Below are positions 10,398 to 18,833 of a DNA stretch of 64,000 nt, piece after piece; within the stretch, counting starts at the first letter, position 1, and each line of letters begins with the position of its first letter. The stretch lies in assembly GCA_965219085.1 (NCBI GenBank), contig OZ244720.1:2368001-2432000 (forward strand), written 5' to 3'. The stretch comes from Dehalococcoidia bacterium (GTDB lineage: Bacteria > Chloroflexota > Dehalococcoidia > UBA2979). The notes under the pieces were generated by a model. It saw only the letters and a list, made by a program, of their open reading frames with translations. It had not been told where the DNA came from and did no database searches. The position numbers and the translations under genes are program-made.

Positions 10398-11642
10398 ATG
10401 CGGGACACCGCGGCGAGTGACGCACAAAACGGCCAGGCGCCTGACTCCCGGTACGTTCACGAGGGTCTCGAAGGCATCGTCCTGCCGACCGATTACCGGA
10501 TCAACGCCGAACGGGCGCTGGCCGCTGAGCCCGCAGGCGCGTCCAACTACCTCAGGCACACGCTGATCGGCGATCCCGAGATGGACGCGATCATCGGGGA
10601 GATGTCCTACCTGCCCGCCGGTGATGTCGGGTTGTTCATCCACGCCGGGATGGAACAAGACGAGGATACGCTGCGTTCGGCGCCCGAAGCGCTGCGCGAG
10701 TTCTTCCTGTCGCCGCCCCCCGACCCGCCCTGGCTCGATCGCGAAGCCTTCGGGCCGGGTATCCGTGCGTTCCATCGGGACAGCGGGATGATCCTGGTCG
10801 GCTTCGTAACCGGGGTGCTCGTCGACGGTTTCACGACGTACATCGCGAAGTCATTCGTGCTGACGGGCCGCATTTTCGATCGCGGCGTCAGGCGGCTCCA
10901 GCAGAACAACCGCCACTTCCTGGAGATCTTCTTCCCCGGGGGCCTGGAACGGTACGGCGACGGATGGAAGCTCTCCGTCCGGATCCGGCTCATTCACGCA
11001 CAGCTGAGGAGACTGCTGAGGGCCGCCGACGACTGGGACGAGGAGGCCTGGGGCGCCCCCATCAGCGCGGCGCACACGGGCTACGCCGCAGCCTGCTTCT
11101 CCGCCCGAACCATGAAGCACGCCGAGGCGCTGGGCGTTCGCTTCACGCGGGAAGAGCGCGACAGCATCATGGCGATCTGGCGGTACACGGCGTGGCTCAT
11201 GGGTATCCCGGAGTCCATCCTGGCCTCAACCGAGGAAGAGGCGCTGGACCTGTACCGGATTACCTCGCTCTGCGAGCCGCCTATGTCCGACGAGTCCATC
11301 ATCATGTCCAACGCGCTCGTCAACTCCGCTCCCCTGGTCGCGGGCGTGACGGAGTCAGCTGAACGCAGAACCATGGTGAGTAAGCAGATATTCCCGCTGT
11401 CGCGGGCGCTCATCGGCAATGAGATGGCCGACGCGCTGCGCTTCCCGAGGTCCAGAAACGTCGGAGTGCTCTTCCAGTTCAGGATGCTGCAGCGCTGGCA
11501 GCGGCTGATGGCGAAGCTACAACGCAAGGAGGTGACTGCCGACAACTTCGGCCAGCTCCTCGCGATCTCGGCGTACGACGACGAGGGAATCAGCTACCGG
11601 ATCCCCGACCATGAGCACTCGGAGCGATCCAGCCAGTGGTAG
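10398..11642 (+). CDS. MpaB/DUF2236 (rubber-oxygenase-like) heme oxygenase family protein
   Basis: PPWLD, SFVLTGR, GWKLSVRIRLIHAQLR, WGAPIS, WRYTAWLMGIPE. Confidence 0.8.
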   Translation: MRDTAASDAQNGQAPDSRYVHEGLEGIVLPTDYRINAERALAAEPAGASNYLRHTLIGDPEMDAIIGEMSYLPAGDVGLFIHAGMEQDEDTLRSAPEALREFFLSPPPDPPWLDREAFGPGIRAFHRDSGMILVGFVTGVLVDGFTTYIAKSFVLTGRIFDRGVRRLQQNNRHFLEIFFPGGLERYGDGWKLSVRIRLIHAQLRRLLRAADDWDEEAWGAPISAAHTGYAAACFSARTMKHAEALGVRFTREERDSIMAIWRYTAWLMGIPESILASTEEEALDLYRITSLCEPPMSDESIIMSNALVNSAPLVAGVTESAERRTMVSKQIFPLSRALIGNEMADALRFPRSRNVGVLFQFRMLQRWQRLMAKLQRKEVTADNFGQLLAISAYDDEGISYRIPDHEHSERSSQW

Positions 11643-11867
11643 GCGCTCCCTGATCGCCCTGTAGTCACACTCCAGTGTTCCAGCGGGCCCAGCCGGAGCC
11701 CGTCCAGGCGGAGATGCCTCCGCCAAGCCTCGGCACGCGTCGCAGGGAGTGGCCGGGTCAGACCTCGGCTCGCCGGGGACCGCAGGCGCGCGGCCGCGCG
11801 AGGACTGAACCCTCGCTCGCCCGGTGCTACCCTCGGCGTGCCGCCCACCGAGCGCCGGGGTCCCCAC

Positions 11868-13262
11868 ATGCACCACGCCCGCCGCGTCCGCACGCTCCCG
11901 GCGCTGATCGTCGCCGTCGCGCTCGCACTATCTGTGGCCGCGTGCTCGGGTGACGACGGCAGCCCCGTGCCCGTGCGGCCCCCCGCCACCTCGCCCACAG
12001 CGGTCTCGACGCCCACCGCCACGCCGGCGACCACCGCGACCGCCACGGCCGAAGCGACTCCCGACGCGACCGCCACCGTGACCGCTGTACCCGAGGCGGG
12101 CTCGGGTACGCCCTCGCCGACTCCCACACCCTCGGCCACCGTCGCCACCGTCACCGCGACGCCGGCGCCGGCCGAAGCGCCGCTGGCCGTGGGGTTCGCC
12201 GAGGCGTTCGGTGGCCGGGAGTTCGACCGGCCGATCGAGATCGGCGTCTATCCGGTCGGGCCTGAGCCTGGCTCGGCTCCCGGCATGTTCCTCGCCGAGC
12301 AGGACGGCCGCATCCTCGTGCTGCACCCGGACGCCGACGCCGCGGCCGAGCTGCTCGACATCAGCGATCAGGTCTCGCGTCGAGGCAACGAGGAGGGACT
12401 GCTCAGCGTCGCCCTCGACCCGCGGTTCGATGAGAGCGGGCGCCTCTGGGTCTACTACTCGGCGAGCGGCGTGCCGCGCATGTCGCGGCTCGCGCGGTTC
12501 ACGGTCGACCCCGCCGACCCGCTGCGCGTGGTTCCCGATTCCGAGCTCGTGATCATCGAGGTGGAGCAGCCGTACTCGAACCACAACGGCGGCGCGATCC
12601 GCTTCGGGCCGGACGGGATGCTCTACCTCGGCTACGGCGACGGCGGATCGGGCGGCGACCCGAGGGGTCACGGGCAGAACCTCGCGACGCTGCTTGGCAG
12701 CGTCATCCGCATCGATGTCCGTGACGCCTCGAGGGCCGCTCCGTATGCGGTCCCGCCCGACAACCCGTTCGTGGGCGTCGAGGGCGCACGAACGGAGATC
12801 TGGGCGTACGGGCTGCGCAACCCGTGGCGCATGGCGTTTGACCCGGAGACGGGCGCGCTGTGGGCCGGCGACGTCGGCCAGGGCGAGATCGAGGAGATCG
12901 ACCGCGTCGAGGCCGGAGGCAACTACGGGTGGAACCGTCTCGAGGGCACCCGCTGCTTCTCCCCTCGCGAGGGCTGCGACCCTGAGGGGACGGTGCTGCC
13001 GGTGGCCGAGTACGAGCACAACCTCGGCTGCTCGGTGACGGGTGGTGTGGTGTACCGCGGCGAGGCGATCCCCGCGCTCGCCGGCCACTACCTGTTCAGC
13101 GACTTCTGCAGCGGGCGGCTGTGGGCCCTCCCGCTCGACGGCGGCGAGGTGGTCGAGATCGCGGTGAGCCCGCGGCCCGTCTCGTCGTTCGGCACGGACG
13201 CGGACGGCGAGGTGTACGTGCTGACGTTCGGCGGGGCGGTGCTGCGGATCGTGCCCCGCTGA
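11868..13262 (+). CDS. PQQ-dependent sugar (glucose/sorbosone) dehydrogenase lipoprotein
   Basis: Lipobox SVAAC, Pro/Thr linker, NHNGGAIRFGPDGMLY, EIWAYGLRNPWR, GDVGQ, GGNYGW. Confidence 0.9.
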   Translation: MHHARRVRTLPALIVAVALALSVAACSGDDGSPVPVRPPATSPTAVSTPTATPATTATATAEATPDATATVTAVPEAGSGTPSPTPTPSATVATVTATPAPAEAPLAVGFAEAFGGREFDRPIEIGVYPVGPEPGSAPGMFLAEQDGRILVLHPDADAAAELLDISDQVSRRGNEEGLLSVALDPRFDESGRLWVYYSASGVPRMSRLARFTVDPADPLRVVPDSELVIIEVEQPYSNHNGGAIRFGPDGMLYLGYGDGGSGGDPRGHGQNLATLLGSVIRIDVRDASRAAPYAVPPDNPFVGVEGARTEIWAYGLRNPWRMAFDPETGALWAGDVGQGEIEEIDRVEAGGNYGWNRLEGTRCFSPREGCDPEGTVLPVAEYEHNLGCSVTGGVVYRGEAIPALAGHYLFSDFCSGRLWALPLDGGEVVEIAVSPRPVSSFGTDADGEVYVLTFGGAVLRIVPR

Positions 13263-13310
13263 TGGTGACAGGCCGTATCGGGCGCGGCACACGGGCCGTA
13301 GCATGACGCC

Positions 13311-13490
13311 GTGACGATACCCGCGCTGATCGCGCTCTTCGCCGTATACGTGGTGCTCACGCTGTGGCAGATGCGGGTTGCGCTCGCCGCGCGCGAGCCG
13401 CACGCCCGCCTGGCCCACGCGCGGCGGTTGCTCGTGCTCGTCTCGGCGGGCGTGCCGCTGCTGGTCGTGCTCATCCTCGTGGCGCTGTAG
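13311..13490 (+). CDS. small two-TM hypothetical protein (59 aa; absent from ORF track)
   Basis: GTG...TAG; MTIPALIALFAVYVVLTLWQMRVALAAREPHARLAHARRLLVLVSAGVPLLVVLILVAL; GC3-rich codons; fills the gap before leuS. Confidence 0.65.
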   Translation: MTIPALIALFAVYVVLTLWQMRVALAAREPHARLAHARRLLVLVSAGVPLLVVLILVAL

Positions 13491-13606
13491 CGCGCGCGAT
13501 ACGTCGAGGTGGCGTGCGTGGTTGACGGCCGCGCGAGCGTTCGTACGATCGAGTGCGCGCGTATCGCCCGGGCGGGCCGGCGTGTGACGGGAACCAGGCA
13601 GTACCC

Positions 13607-16111
13607 ATGACGACCCAGGAGCAGGCAGCACCCCAGGCCTCCGGCGACGGACGCGACTCGGCCGATCGCTACGATCCGCTCGCCGTTGAGGCGCGCTGGC
13701 AGCAGCGCTGGACCGAGAGCGGCCTCTACCACACGCCCGACCGCATGGAGGGCCGGGACAACTGGTACCACCTCACGATGCTGCCCTACACCTCGGGCGA
13801 CCTGCACATCGGGCACTGGTTCGCGATGGCGCCCTCCGACACCATCGCGCGCTTCCGCCGCATGAACGGCGCCAACGTGCTGTTCCCGATGGGCTTCGAC
13901 GCCTTCGGGCTCCCCGCCGAGAACGCCGCGATCGCGCGCGGCACGCACCCCAAGGACTGGACCGACGGCAACATCGAGCGCATGCGCGGCCAGCTCCAGC
14001 GCATGGGCGCGATGTTCGACTGGGAGCGCGAGGTCAACACGAGCGCGCCCGAGTACTACCGCTGGACGCAGTGGTGGTTCCTCAAGCTCTTCGAGCAGGG
14101 CCTCGCCTACCGCGACGGCGCGGCCGTGAACTGGTGCCCGTCCTGCAACACCGTGCTCGCCAACGAGCAGGTCCTCGACGGCCGCTGCGAGCGCTCGGGC
14201 GACCTCGTCGAGCAGCGCACGATGGAGCAGTGGTTCTTCCGCATCACCGCCTACGCCGACGAGCTGCTCGACAACGCCGGCATGGCGTGGCCCGAGCACG
14301 TGAAGCTCATGCAGCGCAACTGGATCGGCCGCTCCGAGGGCGTCGAGGCGTCCTTCGCGCTCGAGTCGCCGACCTCGGACGGCACGGACGAGATGCGCGT
14401 CTTCACCACGCGCCCGGACACGCTCCACGGCGTGACCTTCATGGTGCTCGCCCCCGAGCACCGGCTCGTCGCCGAGTTCACCACCGACGAGCATCGCGAG
14501 GAGGTCGAGGCGTACGTGCAGGCCGCAACCCACGCCTCGGATCTGGAGCGCCAGTCGACCGATCGCGACAAGACGGGCGTCTTCACCGGCTCGTACTGCA
14601 TCAACCACCTCACCAGCGAGCGCGTCCCGATCTGGATCGCCGACTACGTGCTCGCCTCGTACGGCACGGGCGCGGTCATGGGCGTGCCCGCGCACGACGA
14701 TCGCGACTTCGAGTTCGCCGAGCTGTTCGGGCTGCCGATCCCGGTCGTGATCGCGCCCGAGGAATGGGAGGGCGTGCCGCTCACGCAGGCCTACCTCGAG
14801 CCGGGCGTGCTCGTGAACTCCGGCCAGTTCGACGGGACGCCGTCCGAGGAGGCGAAGGCCGCCATCACCGCGCACCTCGACGCCAACGGCTGGGGCGGCC
14901 CGACGGTGCAGTACCGTCTGCGCGACTGGCTGATCTCGCGCCAGCGCTACTGGGGCGCGCCGATCCCCATCGTCTACTGCGACGCCTGCGGCATCGTGCC
15001 CGTGCCCGAGGACCAGCTCCCGATCGAGCTCCCGTACGACGTCGAGTTCCTGCCGACTGGCCAGTCGCCACTCGCGCTGTCCGAGGAGTTCGTGAGCACC
15101 TCGTGCCCGGACTGCGGCGAGCCGGCGCGCCGTGAGACCGACACGATGGATACCTTCATGTGCTCGTCGTGGTACTTCATGCGCTACGCCGACCCGCGGG
15201 ACGCGGACTACGCCGTCGCGCGCGACATCGCGGACATGTGGCTCCCGGTCGACCAGTACACGGGCGGCAGCGAGCACGCGACGATGCACCTGCTGTACGC
15301 GCGCTTCTTCTACAAGGCGGCACGCGACGCCGGCCTCGTCCCGGACGATGAGCCGTTCACGCGCTACTTCGCGCAGGGCCAGATCCTGGGCCCCGACGGA
15401 CGCCGCATGTCGAAGTCGCGCGGCAACGTCGTCCCGCCCGACGACCAGGTGGAGCGCTGGGGCGCCGACGCGTTCCGCGCCTACCTCATCTTCCTCGGCC
15501 CGTGGGACCAGGGCGGGCCGTACGACGTCGACGGCATCGTGGGCGTCGCGCGCTGGCTGCGCCGCGCGTGGTCGCTCTTCGTCACGCCGCCCGACACGAC
15601 CGCTGCCGCCGACGCCGCGAACGCGCGCGCGCCGCTGCAGGAGGCGCACCGCACACTCGAGCGCGTGACCGCGGACCTCGACCGCTTCCAGATGAACACC
15701 GCCGTGGCCGCGCTCATGGAGCTCACGAACAGCCTCGCGCGGCTGCGCGACGAGGGCCCCGTGCACGACGAGTCGTGGAACGGCGCGCTGCGCATGTTCA
15801 CGCTCATGCTCGGGCCGATCTGCCCGCATGTCGCCGAGGAGCTGTGGGAGCGCCTGGGGCAGCCCTACTCGGTGCACGAGCAGGCGTGGCCGGACGTCGA
15901 CGCCGCGCTCACCGCGCGCGAGACCGTCGAGCTGGTCGTGCAGGTCAACGGACGGCTGCGTGACCGCCTCCAGGTCTCGCCCGACGCCGACGAGGCCGAG
16001 GTGCGCGCGCTCGCCGACGCCAGCGAGCGTGTCGCCGCCGCGCTGGGCGGCAAGGAGCCGAGGCGCGTGATCTACGTCCCGGGACGGCTCATCAACCTGG
16101 TGGCGGGATAG
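13607..16111 (+). CDS. leuS: leucine--tRNA ligase
   Basis: PYTSGDLHIGH, FTTRPDT editing domain, RDWLISRQRYWG, RMSKS, VQVNGRLR. Confidence 0.97.
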   Translation: MTTQEQAAPQASGDGRDSADRYDPLAVEARWQQRWTESGLYHTPDRMEGRDNWYHLTMLPYTSGDLHIGHWFAMAPSDTIARFRRMNGANVLFPMGFDAFGLPAENAAIARGTHPKDWTDGNIERMRGQLQRMGAMFDWEREVNTSAPEYYRWTQWWFLKLFEQGLAYRDGAAVNWCPSCNTVLANEQVLDGRCERSGDLVEQRTMEQWFFRITAYADELLDNAGMAWPEHVKLMQRNWIGRSEGVEASFALESPTSDGTDEMRVFTTRPDTLHGVTFMVLAPEHRLVAEFTTDEHREEVEAYVQAATHASDLERQSTDRDKTGVFTGSYCINHLTSERVPIWIADYVLASYGTGAVMGVPAHDDRDFEFAELFGLPIPVVIAPEEWEGVPLTQAYLEPGVLVNSGQFDGTPSEEAKAAITAHLDANGWGGPTVQYRLRDWLISRQRYWGAPIPIVYCDACGIVPVPEDQLPIELPYDVEFLPTGQSPLALSEEFVSTSCPDCGEPARRETDTMDTFMCSSWYFMRYADPRDADYAVARDIADMWLPVDQYTGGSEHATMHLLYARFFYKAARDAGLVPDDEPFTRYFAQGQILGPDGRRMSKSRGNVVPPDDQVERWGADAFRAYLIFLGPWDQGGPYDVDGIVGVARWLRRAWSLFVTPPDTTAAADAANARAPLQEAHRTLERVTADLDRFQMNTAVAALMELTNSLARLRDEGPVHDESWNGALRMFTLMLGPICPHVAEELWERLGQPYSVHEQAWPDVDAALTARETVELVVQVNGRLRDRLQVSPDADEAEVRALADASERVAAALGGKEPRRVIYVPGRLINLVAG

Positions 16112-16125
16112 CCGCGCGCGTCCGC

Positions 16126-16851
16126 ATGCGGCTCACGGCGGTACTGGTCGCGCTCGCGGGCTGCGCCCTGCTGCTGACCGCGTGTCCCGGCGACGACGAG
16201 CCGGCGACCACGTCGGCGCACCACGCGGCCGCGCGCGTTGAGACCCTCGAAACCACCGATGGGGTGCGTCTCGACGCGCGGCACTTCCCGGCGACGGGCG
16301 AGCGGCTCGTGATCCTGCTGCACATGTACCCGGCCGATCAGAGCTCGTGGTTCGGCTTCGCCGAGGAGCTGCAGACCCGAGACGTCGACGCGCTCACCTT
16401 CGATTTCCGTGGATACGGGGAGTCCGGCGGGGAGAAGGATCCGGGTGTCGCCGACCTCGACGCGCGCGCCGCGCTCGCCTTCGCGCGCGAGCGGGGCTTC
16501 GAGCGTGTGGTGCTGATCGGGGCCTCGATGGGCGGGACGGCCGCGATCGTGGTGGCCGCCGGTGAGCCGGTGGACGGGGTGGTGGCGCTGTCCGCACCGG
16601 CCGCCATGGCCGAGCTGGACGCGGCGACCGTGATCGCGGATGTGCGGGCGCCCATCACGCTGGTCGCGGCCGGCGAGGATCTCTCCGGCGCCGAGTCGCT
16701 GCGCGACCTCGCCGCGCGCGCGGACCTCGGCGACCACGACGTGCTGCTGATGGCCGGGCGCGCGCACGGCACCGAGCTGCTGGAGGAACCCGGCCGCGAG
16801 ACCGTGCGCGGCTGGCTGCTGGACTTCCTCGACCGCGTCTGGGCGCCGTAG
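16126..16851 (+). CDS. alpha/beta hydrolase lipoprotein
   Basis: Lipobox LLTAC, DFRGYGES, nucleophile GASMG, AHGT. Confidence 0.85.
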   Translation: MRLTAVLVALAGCALLLTACPGDDEPATTSAHHAAARVETLETTDGVRLDARHFPATGERLVILLHMYPADQSSWFGFAEELQTRDVDALTFDFRGYGESGGEKDPGVADLDARAALAFARERGFERVVLIGASMGGTAAIVVAAGEPVDGVVALSAPAAMAELDAATVIADVRAPITLVAAGEDLSGAESLRDLAARADLGDHDVLLMAGRAHGTELLEEPGRETVRGWLLDFLDRVWAP

Positions 16852-16872
16852 GGCTCTCGCTGCCCTCGCCGT

Positions 16873-17760
16873 TCAGTTCGCCGGGCTCTGTGCGATCGTT
16901 CCGAGGCGCGGAGTTGCCGCTTCGGGCTCTTCGAGCGGTTCCGGCTCGGCGGCCGGGGGTTGCTCGCCCGTCTGCCCGAGCACCTCGAGCCGGGCGCGCT
17001 CGTCGTCGAGGGGCGGCATCGCGAAATCGTCGATGACGTCCTCCTCTGGCGGCGAGAGGTTCGGGCCGGGCTCGGCGCGCGCCTCGGGATCCTCGGCGCG
17101 AGCGAAGTGGATCGGCCCGGCGCCGCCTACGCCCGTGTCCCCGTTCGAACGTTGCTCGGCCTCGTTGAGCGAGCGTGGCGCCGCGCCCGCGTCCGCGAGG
17201 AGCGCGTCCATCTGGTCGGCCGTGACAGTGGGACGCATGGCCTCCTCGGGAGGGGCCCCCGCGAGCTGTTCGAGCCCGGACTGCACGGAGCGCTGGAACG
17301 AGCCGAGCTGGTGGTCCAGCTTCGAGAGCAGGTGGCGCGCGTACTCGTCCGCGGCCGCCATCTGCTGCCGGGCCACGAGGCGCGACTCCTCGATCCGGCC
17401 CGCCATCTCGGCGTTGGCCCCGGCATCGCGCTCTTCGGCGCGCGCGTCGGCCTCCGCGACGATCTTCGCGGCGTGCTCGCGCGCCGCGCGCGTGAGCTTG
17501 TGGTCGTCGATGAGCGCGGCGGCCTGCTCCTCGGCGCGCGCGAGCATGAGCCGCGCCTCCTCCCCGGTATTGCGGCGGATGGCGTCCATCTCGGCCACGA
17601 TCTCGCGCGCCTCGCGCACCTCGGCGGGAATGGCGACCCGGAGCTGGTCGATCGTGTCGAGCAGCTCGCGGCGGTCGACGACCGCGCGGTTGCCGATGGG
17701 CATGCGCTGCGCGCCCGCCACCTGCTCCTCGAGACGGTCGATGAGGTAGAGCAGATCCAT
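16873..17760 (-). CDS. DivIVA/SepIVA-like coiled-coil protein with acidic disordered tail
   Basis: MDLLYLIDRLEE...VVDRRELLDTIDQLRVAIPAEVREA coiled coil, ADEYA motif; conserved position after rsmD-coaD. Confidence 0.7.
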   Translation of the reverse strand: MDLLYLIDRLEEQVAGAQRMPIGNRAVVDRRELLDTIDQLRVAIPAEVREAREIVAEMDAIRRNTGEEARLMLARAEEQAAALIDDHKLTRAAREHAAKIVAEADARAEERDAGANAEMAGRIEESRLVARQQMAAADEYARHLLSKLDHQLGSFQRSVQSGLEQLAGAPPEEAMRPTVTADQMDALLADAGAAPRSLNEAEQRSNGDTGVGGAGPIHFARAEDPEARAEPGPNLSPPEEDVIDDFAMPPLDDERARLEVLGQTGEQPPAAEPEPLEEPEAATPRLGTIAQSPAN

Positions 17761-17773
17761 CGGGAGCCTCCTG

Positions 17774-18250
17774 CTAGCGGTTCCGGAACTTCTCTTGCAA
17801 CGCCGCCACCACGTGCGGCGGCGTCATGTCGCTCACGTCGCGTCCGAAGCCGGCGAGCTCGCGGACGCGTGATGCGCTGATGAAGAGGTGGTCGAGTGAG
17901 GTCATGAGGAACGTCGTGTCGACGTCGGGCGCCATCTTGCGGTTCATGAACGCCTGGTCAATCTCGTCCGTGAAGTCATTGATGTCGCGCAGCCCCTTGA
18001 CCAGCACGATCGCGCCCTCGTCGCGCGCGCTCTCGACGGTGAGCCCGCTATTGGCGATCACGCGCGCGTTCGGCACGTCCGCGACGGCCTCGGCGAAGAG
18101 CTGCACGCGCTCCTCGGTGGTGAAGAGCGCGGAGCGGCTCTCGGCGACCGCGACGATCACCGTCTCGTAGAGCAGGGCGGCGCGTCGCAGGATGTCGATA
18201 TGGCCGAAGGTCACCGGGTCGAAGCGGCCGGGGTACATCGCAGTGGTCAC
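17774..18250 (-). CDS. coaD: pantetheine-phosphate adenylyltransferase
   Basis: YPGRFDPVTFGHIDI, KGLR, ISASRVRELA. Confidence 0.93.
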   Translation of the reverse strand: MTTAMYPGRFDPVTFGHIDILRRAALLYETVIVAVAESRSALFTTEERVQLFAEAVADVPNARVIANSGLTVESARDEGAIVLVKGLRDINDFTDEIDQAFMNRKMAPDVDTTFLMTSLDHLFISASRVRELAGFGRDVSDMTPPHVVAALQEKFRNR

Positions 18251-18251
18251 G

Positions 18252-18830
18252 TCAGCTCTCCTCGCGTTGCGCGTGTGGGGTGTCGTTGCTCCGGTAGAGC
18301 GCGATCGCGCCGTCGCCTTGCCGCCGCTCACGCCAGCGGGGACGGCCGGCGAGCGACGGTGGCGCATCCGTGCGTGCGGAGTGTTCGACGGCGATCACGG
18401 CCCCCTCGCCGAGGGCGCTCGCGATCGCGCTGTCGATGTCGGTCCACGCGGCATCGTCGCCGTACGGAGGATCGGCCAGCACGAGGCTGAACGCCACGCC
18501 GTCCGCGGGGCGCCAGCGCCCGACGCGCGCCGTCGTCACCTCGGCGCGGTCGGCGAAGTGCGTGCGCTCCAGGTTCTCGCGTATCACCCGGCACGCCCGG
18601 CGGCTCGAATCGACGAAGATGCAGCGCTCCGCGCCGCGTGAGAGCGCCTCGATGCCGAGCGCGCCGCTGCCGGCGTAGAGGTCGACGACGCTGTCGAGGG
18701 GCGTCCCGGCGGCTTCAAGCATGCCGAACAGCGACTCTCGCAGGCGTGCGGACGTCGGCCGCGTATCGCTGCCCGGAGGCGTGCGCAGCAGCAGGCCGCG
18801 CGCGGAACCGCCGATGACGCGAAGTGGCAT
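18252..18830 (-). CDS. rsmD: 16S rRNA m2G966 methyltransferase
   Basis: LRVIGGSARG, TRPTSARLRESLF, DLYAGSGALGIEALSRGA, DPPY. Confidence 0.93.
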   Translation of the reverse strand: MPLRVIGGSARGLLLRTPPGSDTRPTSARLRESLFGMLEAAGTPLDSVVDLYAGSGALGIEALSRGAERCIFVDSSRRACRVIRENLERTHFADRAEVTTARVGRWRPADGVAFSLVLADPPYGDDAAWTDIDSAIASALGEGAVIAVEHSARTDAPPSLAGRPRWRERRQGDGAIALYRSNDTPHAQREES

Positions 18831-18833
18831 GCG

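Noticed and set aside
7707-11867. Integrative element at tRNA-Ala
   Set aside because: No integrase and no duplicated tRNA 3' end found in the window.
13491-13606. T-box leader before leuS (also checked lysS and serS)
   Set aside because: No GGTGGNACC T-box motif or terminator; leaders are too short.
13088-15877. 929-aa minus-strand ORF
   Set aside because: Antisense shadow of leuS caused by high GC3; no recognisable motifs.
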